From contig NC_087073.1 of the NCBI RefSeq assembly GCF_026151205.1, positions 10,138,636 to 10,202,635 of the forward strand: DNA of 64,000 nucleotides. Reading direction: 5' to 3'. Below are positions 1 through 19,400 of this stretch, one piece after another (within the stretch, counting starts at the first letter, position 1; each line of letters opens with the position of its first letter). The notes beneath the pieces were generated by a model. That model saw only the letters and a program-made list of their open reading frames with translations, ran no database searches and had not been told where the DNA came from. Origin of the DNA: Bolinopsis microptera. Its lineage: Eukaryota. Position numbers and translations under genes: made by a program.

Positions 1-674
1 TTAGTATTTATTTTTGGTGACTGTATCACCCAGTTTTAACATTTGATAATTGTACAGTTTATTGACGACACATTGACTGAATGTTATTTTATATTCTAAT
101 CTATATTCTAGATATTTTATTTATTTTTCAACAGAGGACAACTTCCTGTTTTTTTCTTCTATATTAGTTACTCATATATCTTGTACAGACTGTTTTACAA
201 GGACATTGACAGACGATACTCACATTAGGCATTCATTATTGCATCTAAATTATTTCACTTGCATTAGGTTTAGAAATTTATTCTCTGGTTAACAGATTTC
301 AAATGTTTAATTAATTTGTAGTATGACAGTAAGGTATATAAGAAGTTATTTAATTGTGCTTGGACTATTATATTGACTATTGAGGTTTAATGATGATATG
401 GAATTTGAATTTTATATAAATTTACACTATGTGGTTGGGGCATTTTGCATAGTAAATATGGTTACTACTCCTATATATCATATTGTTTGATTGGTATTCG
501 ATTTCTGATTATTTCCCTAGGAATATGATTATTATATCTCAATTTGGCTTTAGGTAGGGTGCCCCGCTAAATGAACTGGATTCTTCCAGGAAGCATCCCG
601 TGCACAGAGCTTGGTCTACATATATATTAAATTATTAACCATTCATTCTGTATGTGCACGAAAATTTATTTCAA
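1..674 (+). mobile_element. 3' UTR/tail segment of a non-LTR retrotransposon copy, same family as the LINE at 54643-59814; cut by the window start
   Basis: 1-674 is about 95% identical to the reverse complement of 54664-55325. The partner copy ends in a 21-nt poly(A) (T21 on + at 54643-54663). This copy ends in an A-rich stub (aatcaaaaagc). Read directly from the sequence. Confidence 0.5.
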
Positions 675-1059
675 TCAAAAAGCATTCATATGTTATAACT
701 AATTGCTTGATTTTGCACCAAGTTGACGTGCACCGACCAAAATTTAGCGATGAATCCAGAAAATATAACTTTAATAGGTTGTAGGTAAATTGTTCTGTTT
801 AATATGTTTTAGGAATGTACAGTATTTACTATAAAAGTTTGTCGTCGTATAAACTAATTTTGTTATGAATTTTGTTGTGACTTTTTTGTATCGAATTTTT
901 GGATAAAGTTGATTAATTAAAAATAAATTAATGTACACAAATTTTGCCTTAGATATATGTTTTTTACGTTTTGAATTTTTGACACTTGTTTTTAGATCAT
1001 GAATACGATGTAGTCACATTGAAACGTTGAGTAAACTCCTTTCCCTAATAAGAGCATTT

Positions 1060-1760
1060 TCACTTGTCGCAACAACCGGGATAAAGATAATTTTACACAG
1101 AATACATATAAAGCTTTAATAAGACCTTATCTAGAGTATTGACTATTGTGTCCAATTGTGGAATCCAGTTGTGGCTCATGGAAGTTGGGGGATTGTTTTG
1201 GAGCTGGAGAGCGTCCAGAGGCGGTTTACCCGTCTTATTGATGAGGTGGGTACTCTTCCTTGCAGCCGTAGACTGGAAATTCTCAATTTGACAACGCTGG
1301 CAGAGCGGCGAATACATGGGGACCTTATTGAAGCTTTTAAGGTTATTAATGGTTTTACCGATTACGGGTCAGATTTGTTTAAAGTGAGCAGATCTGGTCT
1401 TAATCTTGTATCATCCAACAGATGTTGTAAGAGTATGGCAAAGATTAGGAAAGTTCATTTCTTCCAGAGCGAGTTATTCCTTACTGGAACAAACTCCCTC
1501 CAGATGTTAAGAACTCAGTGACTGTTTTAGGTTTTAAGATTAAATTAGAAGGGTTTAAGAAAGATATGATTTCCAAGGATATTTCTAATGATTCACATTT
1601 TCGGAATGTTTCAAACGAAGTATTAGGGAGAATTGAAGGACCTAGCTATGCATATGTTAGTAATAAAGAGAATCATAATGATTATCTTTATTTCCACCCT
1701 TTTGTAGCAAAAAAGCGATTTGTAAATCTTCATTCCACTGGGAAGTATGAATAGGGTTGT
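1060..1760 (+). mobile_element. Degraded 3' end of a CR1/L2/Jockey-superfamily LINE (ORF2 C-terminal tail), pseudogenised
   Basis: ORF 1156-1521 encodes LESVQRRFTRLI...RRLEILNLTTLAERRIHGDLIEAFKVINGF, the conserved post-RT tail of CR1/L2-type ORF2. Just upstream, out of frame, is YKALIRPYLEY followed by a stop, the preceding conserved motif. So the element is frameshifted. Confidence 0.55.
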
Positions 1761-2039
1761 CTTTTGGGGATGCTTTTTGAATTTATTTGAAAAATTTTTA
1801 ATAAAGTTACATAGTTAATAATTTATTAATTTTGGTGGTAAGATATTTATATTTTTCCATATAGTGATTTGATACTTTATAGACATGTGTGATGATGTTA
1901 TGTCATAATTTTTTCCATTTCACCCTTTTGTAAAAAGGCAATAGAGAAAGGTTACGAATGGTCGTTTTTGCAGAAAAACGTGGATTTTGGAGATTGAGGT
2001 AGGTGGGTCAAATATATGTCGTGTTCCTTCCGTTGTACG

Positions 2040-2230
2040 TATGTTACCAAGCAACGAAAAATTTGCGCGCGCGCGAGGATTGCTTGCGGAGATTTGGTGT
2101 ATAGATAGCCTGTGATCTATGAATGCGCGGCGCGACTGTGTTTTAATGTAGACAATGTAATGTATAATATTAGGTTATAAGCCCAATTTGTACGTGGCAC
2201 GCGTAGTGTATTGATGTGTACACAAGTATA
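2040..2230 (+). promoter_or_regulatory. CpG-rich putative promoter region about 600 bp upstream of the first Rab paralog ATG
   Basis: A local cluster of CG dinucleotides (gcgcgcgcgagg, atgcgcggcgcgac, acgtggcacgcgtag) in otherwise AT-rich, CpG-poor sequence. Inference only. Confidence 0.2.
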
Positions 2231-2812
2231 GTTTACCTTTGCTTACAATTTCTTGAATTACAGATGCAAGTTAAGTTCTACAGCAATTGAACTGAATTAC
2301 CCGTATTTAATGCATAATTTATCAATATTATTATCATGAAGATTGAAGTGAGCTGATTGGAGGTTATACTTAAATTTATAGTAAATGTGGAATGGAAATC
2401 TAGCGTCCGCCAAAACGAAACAACGGGCGCAATTCTTGTTACTTTACTTTACTTTACTTTAGACATTTTTCCAAAATTTTGAGGGAAGGGAAGAGGTACT
2501 GGGTAGGGTTAATCAGGGTTTCACTGTGTGAAATTATAACTGATCAGAGTATGCAGTGGATGGAAATCTAGCATTTGCCCCCTGTCGAGAAAACAGGTGC
2601 AATTCTTGTTGATAATACAATTCATCGATGATTATGCTTTAACTTTGTAGTATTTAAACAAAGATATTTTGTATAATTATTGGATAGCAGCAAATTGTGT
2701 AGTGTGTACTGAGTGCTCTGCCAATTGCACCACACGATTTGATTTTGCAGATCAAATTATAAACAGCAGCAATATTTATAGTTCATAATAGACTACAGGA
2801 ACACAGTATGCA

Positions 2813-10559
<7,747 letters not shown>

Positions 10560-11016
10560 TTTTGAGAATTCTCGTTGTGAAGATAAATATTTTCATAGTA
10601 GTGTTTTGTAACCAGTAATAATGTTAAAGTCGAGATTATAAATGAGTTGAGAATGTTTTAAACAATACAGAAATAATATTACAAATACAATGCTCTTCTT
10701 TTTAAAATATAGCTACATATTATTCGAAATTAAGCTCAATCTTTAAACAAGCTTCCAAAAGATCGCTGCTACTATCCTTACAGCGAGATAGATGTTCGTT
10801 ACAAACGGGAAATAGTCTTAAAGACAAAACTTATGAAACTCCGATTTCTTTACATTGCCGAAACGAATGACGCCAATAGTTTCTTTTATCTTTACCCTCA
10901 AATAGGAAATGTCGCTTGCTAAAGGATAGTTATAGACTTGAAGGTTATCAAAAAGAAAAGAAGAAAAGAAAGGAGAGAAAGCAGTAGGCCGGCTCAACAG
11001 TGAGTACAGAAAGGAG

Positions 11017-14000
11017 ATGCCGAACGATTACGATCATTTATTTAAACTGCTGATTATCGGAGACAGTGGTGTAGGGAAAAGCAGTATTCTCCTCAGATTC
11101 TCCGATAATCTCTTCTCGGGTAAGTCTTGTAAACTTCCGCAGGACGGCAGTTATTTCTCAGTTAAATTCGGTGTGAATACTAAGCTGCTTCTAGAAAAAC
11201 AGAAAATTGTATGCTTCTTAGTAAAACATTGTAATGTTAAATATTGAAGTAGCAGTTATAGAATCTATTTACAGGAACATACATCACAACTATTGGAGTA
11301 GATTTCAAGATCAGAACAATTGAAGTAGAGGGAGAGAAGGTCAAACTCCAAATATGGGACACAGCAGGACAGGAACGGTTCAGGTATGTTGAGTATTGGG
11401 TTTACACATTCCTGGGGTATACATTCATAATATTTTAATAGTGTCCCTCGAAATTAACGTTTACATTTGCCCCTAATGTTATCACTGACTTATTTAAGTT
11501 GTAAAGTACCTCAATTTGAGCAGTCTACTAAATATTGTTAAGCAATGTGCTGGTGTGTCTGTACTCTATGCGGCTACATTATTGGTGTATTGGAGTGTAA
11601 GCAGTGTTCTGTGCTCGTAGTTAATAGAGCTGTGGCATTTTCTGTCCATTGTATTGATTTTACAAGATCTTTGGTGCACTGTGCACTGTGCACTGTGCAC
11701 TGTCATTGTTCTGTGAGAAATGTAACAATAAAATTTCATGAGCTGTGATTTATTTTCAAGACATGCGAATGTTTCTAAAATATTTTAAATTTTACGGCTC
11801 AAAGATAACAATCATGTTAATAATTATATAATGATGATATATAAGTCTTTTGATATTATTGGTTCAATGATGTACATTGTTTATCCACTTACTCGATGTA
11901 GATATACGAATGTGTGCTAATAATAACAATTAAGGATAAACAAGGCGATCTTTTTATAATCTAACTTGGTAACACAGATTATCATTTATAGCCTAACCGC
12001 AGCTGCGTGTTGGCAAGGCAGCATTATAATAACGAGATTCACCGTTTCAACTTGATTATTCTAAAATTGTACTTAAGGTTTCCTTTCCAGAAACTAAAAT
12101 CGCCAACCTCATACGCTGTTTTTTAAAACCGTGTAATCTCACCTGTTTGCGTCTATGTAGGTTAAAAGTCAGTATGTGATCGACTAATATCATGCAATCC
12201 GCTAAAACTATGTTCTGCTAAATAGAAAGCTATTATTTTTAGCCTACACAGTATACACTATAGCTGTGTAAAAACATAACCCCTAATACAAGGTAGCTTT
12301 AAGAATGTGATTACTTTTGGAACGATCACATTCTAAAGGCCACCTGGCAACTTTCAATATACTCAACTCTCCTCAGGACGATCACTGCTACCTACTATCG
12401 TGGAACACAAGGAGTGATGGTAGTGTACGACGTTTCTAACCTGGACACGTTCGGTAACGTTCGCCGCTGGCTTCAGGAAATCGAACAGAACTGTGACGAT
12501 GTCGTCAGAATACTTGGTAAGTCACCTCCGGACGGCATAGTTATGTGCATATTTAAAACTTGAGAGTTTTGCTCGCTAATGTAGTGAATGATGCACTGTA
12601 CTCTAGTAGCAGAGTGATGTGATGATGGAAACTGGTGATCTCATGTCTGCTCAACGTAACTGTCTACGTAATGCTCTCGTGATACGAAATATGTACATTA
12701 GCTCCTAATAGTTGCTTAGTTTCACGGAACTGATCGAACTGGTTGAGTGAAGAAAATATTATCATCCTTGTTGAGCTGGCTATTACGTCATGTGGAATCT
12801 AATATTTAGATTTAGTTTCTGAGATCACCGGAAAATAACGCCCTCTTCCCATAAGTTATTTTTATGTAACAGTAGTAATCTATGTGTTATTTCTATGTGT
12901 AATTTGATTGCGGGTATTAGTACTTTATAATGTACTCAGGGGCCGATTTATTCTATCAAAACCACAGATTACCACAGATTACTGCTAAATAGAGTAAGTT
13001 TCAATACTGACTTCAGTTTAACCCTCTTCAGTTGGAAACAAGTGTGATTCTCCAGACAAGAAAGTGTCTACTGACGAGGGGAAAGCTCTTGCTAGTCAAA
13101 TGGACATTCCTTTCTTCGAGACCAGTGCCAAGGATAACCTGAACATTGAAACGGTAATTCATCAATTAGGAAATGTCCATGATCTAATTCGGTGCATTCG
13201 CGAACTTTCTCGTAATATCTAAAACGACAAAAAAGAGCCTGTCAAAATGTATACTCTCTAACAGTCTGTAACTATGGTGTGAAGACGCATCAAGTTTCAG
13301 TATGGTATCTGTGTTCATGCGTGATATCGGGGAGGAACCTGGTACTTACACGACAGCGTGTAACATGACACTCGTAACTGAGACTCACTAGCGTCAAATG
13401 TTTGCTTATAGGAAGTCGTTTTACAGTCGTAATCTCGCATTGTGTGTATCAGGGCTGATACTAAGTGTGATCAGTGAATTAATAACTTCCGTATTTGTAA
13501 GCAGTGGGTATTCCTGCTTAATTGATACGAACAGTGTCGATTATTATACACTGCTGTTCCACTGCCACTACATAGAGATATGATTATAACTAACTAGTAT
13601 AGATACATTATATTACACAATACTACCTATAATTTATCAAATTATCACGGCTTACATAATTTTACAAAAACTGACCTATTTTAGAACTCTACTATAATAA
13701 TATAATAATTTAATAGAGGGAATAGAAAATCTCGTTCTGCAGACGATATGTTCATTACATGTCAGATCCTGTTCACTCATCATTTCAATGATCACGGCTT
13801 ACATATTTGGTTCCTGAAGCTCCAGCTGAGAGTCTTGGTAAAACCAAACGGAATATACCAGGACTTTGTTATCTAATCGCTTTATATACCTGCATCATGA
13901 TATCTAGACCGTGGCTTTAGTTTAGAGTCATTTTTTACTTCCATGCTATTAGAAACTAGAATTCTTAATTACCAACTATCTGGCTAGCAGACTCTCTGCC

Positions 14001-14611
14001 GATGGAACTACTAAATGCGGTCCAGGTCCGCGCGTTACATAGCCTCACAAGTACTAGCAAATTATTGACGTTTTTCTATAAAAAGTTTTAACAATTTCGC
14101 GCGTACACCGCAACACTGGGGATATGATATGATAATATAGCTAGATCGATCGATAGGATCGACAGTTAGTTTTTCTGTCTGGCCGAATAAAATGCATTTA
14201 AGAGCGGCCTGTCGGCAATATTATACATCGTCAGCATTTGAATCGCTCTCAACGAATAAATTCCAGAACACAGTTCTTTAGTTCCTGTATCTAATGAGTT
14301 GTTTTTGTGAATTAATTACAGTTTACTGCATCTTGTAACTAATGGCCTAGTTATCTTATTAATGTGCAAGCCTTTTATCACCTAGTTATCAGGAAATGAC
14401 GACAACTATTTAGCGTTTAATAATCGATGACATTAGATAAATAGTTATAATTACACATTTTGCTCAGGTATTCGACGAAATAACTAAGCTGGTGCTCGCA
14501 ATGAAAAAGAACAAACTTGCGCAGGCTAACCCCGCTATAACTTCAACGGGAAACATAACTGTGAAAAAGGGTGATAGTGGTAAAAAGAAAGGAAAATGCA
14601 GTTGCGGCTAG
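11017..14611 (+). CDS. RAB35: Rab35 small GTPase (205 aa). CDS exons 11017-11119, 11275-11383, 12377-12516, 13032-13153, 14468-14611
   Basis: Spliced protein [205 protein letters not shown]. It is near-identical in pattern to vertebrate Rab35 ([90 protein letters not shown]...RWLHEINQNCDDVCRILVGNK). All splice sites are GT-AG with phases 1,2,1,0. Confidence 0.85.
11655..11700 (+). repeat. Microsatellite (GTGCACT)n, about 5 copies, in Rab35 intron 2
   Basis: ggtgcactgtgcactgtgcactgtgcactgtcattg. Confidence 0.6.
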
Positions 14612-15168
14612 TCTTTTAAGTACCTCTTCTGATAGAACTTTAAACATTTTTGTATGGTTTAATATTGATAAAACTTTATTTTAGTAAAGAGATTAGTTTG
14701 TTTTGATGCCCGTTAGCGGCCTGACTGTACAGAAACATTTCTGAATCGACTGTAAAACTAATTCCGTACCTCTCCTGTGAGTGACACCCAGCACTGCAGA
14801 CATATTAATATTAGGAACGTTCACAGATTACCTATAAACCGGCAATTGCTTTTTTCACCGGTACATTGTATTGAATATTGAGCTGGGATATGGAAAGTCT
14901 TAAAAACTTACAGTCAGATTTTTTAAAAGATACGTTTCATGTGATCAATATGGCATTTTTCTGTTTGCCAATTGCCCGGTTCAAGTTTTATTATTCGACA
15001 TATGTTATGTATGGTTACAACAATGTTAAACCTGGTTAACAGTATTAAAGATTAAACTGGATGATTCTTTAATCTTTTACTTCTTAATTAGCTTGAATCT
15101 AGCTCTTCATTTTTTGATACAGATGTGTATTCCTCATTCCTGTGCATTCCTCATTCCTGACTAGCGGA

Positions 15169-15900
15169 TTAAGGGGGCCGGGGGGGTCTTCATCAAAATT
15201 CTCTCGAAATTGATTTTATAGTTGTTTCTGATAGAGGGGAGTGATATCTATCAGCTGCTTTTGGTCCCATGGAAAAATATTGTTCCTAGCCGAAATTATC
15301 GCTGGTCAAAGGTCAGCGCTCATGTGTAATTGTATTGCGCGAGCGATTTTCAATCGCGCGTCCTGAAAATCGAGTCTAAAAATCTATCTTCTCCTACATT
15401 TTTTGAGCAATCACCCTGAAACTTTTAGGATATGTTCTAGGGATCATTTAGAAGAGAAGTATCGAGCCGAATTTTGAGATAGGCCTCAGAAAATTTTTAA
15501 ATCGATTTTGAAAATCTTGGACCTGGAAAAATCGTCAAAAAATGAGGTCAAAGATTTTCAAAATCGAATTAAAAATTTTCTGAGGCCTATCTCAAAAATC
15601 GGCTCGATACTTCTCTTCTAAATGATCCCTAGAACATATCCTGAAAGTTTCAGGGTGATTGCTCAAAAAATGTAGGAGAAGATAGATTTTTAGACTCGAT
15701 TTTCAGGACGCGCGATTGAAAATCGCTCGCGCAATACAATTACACATGAGCGCTGACCTTTGACCAGCGATAATTTCGGCTAGGAACAATATTTTTCCAT
15801 GGGACCAAAAGCAGCTGATAGATATCACTCCCCTCTATCAGAAACAACTATAAAATCAATTTCGAGAGAATTTTGATGAAGACCCCCCCGGCCCCCTTAA
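15169..15900 (+). repeat. 732-bp near-perfect palindrome (foldback / MITE-like element) with TTAA at both ends
   Basis: ttaagggggccgggggggtcttcatcaaaattctc...gagaattttgatgaagacccccccggcccccttaa. The two arms of ~360 bp are reverse complements with only a few mismatches, centred near 15534. The terminal TTAA matches the piggyBac target-site motif, but this cannot be told apart from arm sequence. Confidence 0.75.
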
Positions 15901-16489
15901 ATGATAGTTACTCTACTGGTCCTGTCGGAATGCGGTCGAAATCAATATATTGCTCATTTTTCTACACCACTTTGAACTGATAAACCCTATACACGAATCC
16001 GAGTTACGACATCTTGTAAGATGAACCTGTTTCATGGGTGCGCGGCGTTCTCATAATTTATCAGAAAAAAGTACGAATGGAAATTAAATTGATTTCGACC
16101 ATATATCGACGGGATGAGAAGCATACTTGTTGCTCCGAATCCTAATATCACATTCCACTTATTGACTGATTCTTTAGGAAGGGTTTTGTCTTGATCATTG
16201 ATTAGTAGGTCTCTTTTGACGTTCGAAGATACCTCTTTATGTAGCTGTGTAACGTTTTTATTGATTTTATACAAACAACAGTGCACACAATATTCGTTTA
16301 TTTCGAAAATGAAGTGTATTGATAGATTTACGATTTTGTCATTATTTTATTTCTTAATTGGATCATCCGTCCTCAGATTTCATTTGAATTATTTGTTATT
16401 CTGATGCCGGCCCTCAAAAGGTTGTGCAATGACTTGCATTACAATGATAATGACATAAAAAACATGACATACAATAATAAGAAACTGCT

Positions 16490-19400
16490 CAAGAGGAAGT
16501 CCACAGCAGAAAGCTTAACAAAACGAAAATTTGTGTGTCAAATATGAAGTTTTTTTAAAACACAAATTTGACAGATTGGATGAAATTTTTGCCCAGAAAC
16601 CAATTAGTCAGTTAATCGATGATGGTATGAAACCAAATTGAAGTACCGGCAGTCAAAATCCCGAATAAAATTGCAAAATCATATTGTTCTAATCTCTGTC
16701 CCATTTTCAGTTTTTGAAGATGAAATTTCCAGGACCCCAATTTTACAGTTGTGACTGATTTTTTCATCCGCAACCAATTAGTAAGTCAACTATAGATGCC
16801 AAATGACACGATTGAGGTGCTGGAAGCTTGATTTCGGTCAGAGGAAGCCCACAGCAGAAAGCTTAACAAAACGAAAAGTTGTATTTTCAAAATGCTGTCC
16901 CATTTTCAAATAGGAAATTTTCTAAACACAAATTTGACAGATTGGTTAAAATTTTTGCCCAGAAACTAATAAGTCAGTTAATCGATGATGGTATGAAACC
17001 AAATTGAAGTACTGGTAGTCAAAATCCCGAATAAAATTGCAAAATCATATTGTCCCAATCTCTGTCCCATTTTCAGTTTTTGAAGATGAAATTTTCAGGA
17101 CCCCAATTTTACAGTTGTGACTGATTTTTTCATCCGCAACCAATTAGTAAGTCAACTATAGATGCCAAATGACACGATTGAGGTGCTGGAAGTTTGATTT
17201 CGGTCAGAGGAAGCCCACAGCAGAAAGATTAACAAAACGAAAAGTTGTATTTTCAAAATGCTGTCCCATATTCAAATAGGAAATTTTCTAAACACAAATT
17301 TGACAGATTGGATGAAATTTTTGCCCAGAAACCAATTAGTCAGTCAATCAATGATGATATGAAACTAAATTGAAGTACTGGGAGTCAAAATCCCGAATAA
17401 AATTGCAAAATCATATTGTCCCAATCTCTGTCCCATTTTCAGTTTTTGAAGATGAAATTTCCAGGACCCCAATTTTACAGTTGTGACTGATTTTTTCATC
17501 CGCAACCAATTAGTAAGTCAACTATAGATGCCAAATGACACGATTGAGGTGCTGGAAGTTAGATTTTGGTCAGAGGAAGCCCACAGCAGAAAGATTAACA
17601 AAACGAAAAGTTGTATTTTCAAAATGCTGTCCCATTTTCAAATAGGAAATTTTCTAAACACAAATTTGACAGATTGGATGAAATTTTTGCCCAGAAACCA
17701 ATTAGTCAGTTAATCGATGATGGTATGAAACCAAATTGAAGTACTGGGAGTCAAAATCCCGAATAAAATTGCAAAATCATATTGTTCTAATATCTGTCCC
17801 ATTTTCAGTTTTTGAAGATGAAATTTCCAGGACCCCAATTTTACAGTTGAGACTGATTTTTTTATCCGCAACCAATTAGTAAGTCAACTATAGATGCCAA
17901 ATGACACGATTGAGGTGCTGGAAGCTTGATTTCGGTCAGAGGAAGCCCACAGCAGAAAGCTTAACAAAACGAAAAGTTGTATTTTCAAAATGCTGTCCCA
18001 TTTTCAAATAGGAAATTTTCTAAACACAAATTTGACAGATTGGTTAAAATTTTTGCCCAGAAACTAATAAGTCAGTTAATCGATGATGGTATGAAACCAA
18101 ATTGAAGTACTGGTAGTCAAAATCCCGAATAAAATTGCAAAATCATATTGTCCCAATCTCTGTCCCATTTTCAGTTTTTGAAGATGAAATTTTCAGGACC
18201 CCAATTTTACAGTTGTGACTGATTTTTTCATCCGCAACCAATTAGTAAGTCAACTATAGATGCCAAATGACACGATTGAGGTGCTGGAAGTTTGATTTCG
18301 GTCAGAGGAAGCCCACAGCAGAAAGATTAACAAAACGAAAAGTTGTATTTTCAAAATGCTGTCCCATATTCAAATAGGAAATTTTCTAAACACAAATTTG
18401 ACAGATTGGATGAAATTTTTGCCCAGAAACCAATTAGTCAGTCAATCAATGATGATATGAAACTAAATTGAAGTACTGGGAGTCAAAATCCCGAATAAAA
18501 TTGCAAAATCATATTGTCCCAATCTCTGTCCCATTTTCAGTTTTTGAAGATGAAATTTCCAGGACCCCAATTTTACAGTTGTGACTGATTTTTTCATCCG
18601 CAACCAATTAGTAAGTCAACTATAGATGCCAAATGACACGATTGAGGTGCTGGAAGTTAGATTTTGGTCAGAGGAAGCCCACAGCAGAAAGATTAACAAA
18701 ACGAAAAGTTGTATTTTCAAAATGCTGTCCCATTTTCAAATAGGAAATTTTCTAAACACAAATTTGACAGATTGGATGAAATTTTTGCCCAGAAACCAAT
18801 TAGTCAGTTAATCGATGATGGTATGAAACCAAATTGAAGTACTGGGAGTTAAAATCCCAAATAAAATTACAAAATCATATTGTCCCAATCTCTGTCCCAT
18901 TTTCAGTTTTTGAAGATGAAATTTCCAGGACCCCAATTTTACAGTTGTGACTGATTTTTTCATCCGCAACCAATTAGTAAGTCAACTATAGATGCCAAAT
19001 GACACGATTGAGGTGCTGGAAGCTTGATTTCGGTCAGAGGAAGCCCACAGCAGAAAGCTTAACAAAACGAAAAGTTGTATTTTCAAAATGCTGTCCCATT
19101 TTCAAATAGGAAATTTTCTAAACACAAATTTGACAGATTGGTTAAAATTTTTGCCCAGAAACTAATAAGTCAGTTAATCGATGATGGTATGAAACCAAAT
19201 TGAAGTACTGGTAGTCAAAATCCCGAATAAAATTGCAAAATCATATTGTCCCAATCTCTGTCCCATTTTCAGTTTTTGAAGATGAAATTTTCAGGACCCC
19301 AATTTTACAGTTGTGACTGATTTTTTCATCCGCAACCAATTAGTAAGTCAACTATAGATGCCAAATGACACGATTGAGGTGCTGGAAGTTTTGATTTCGG

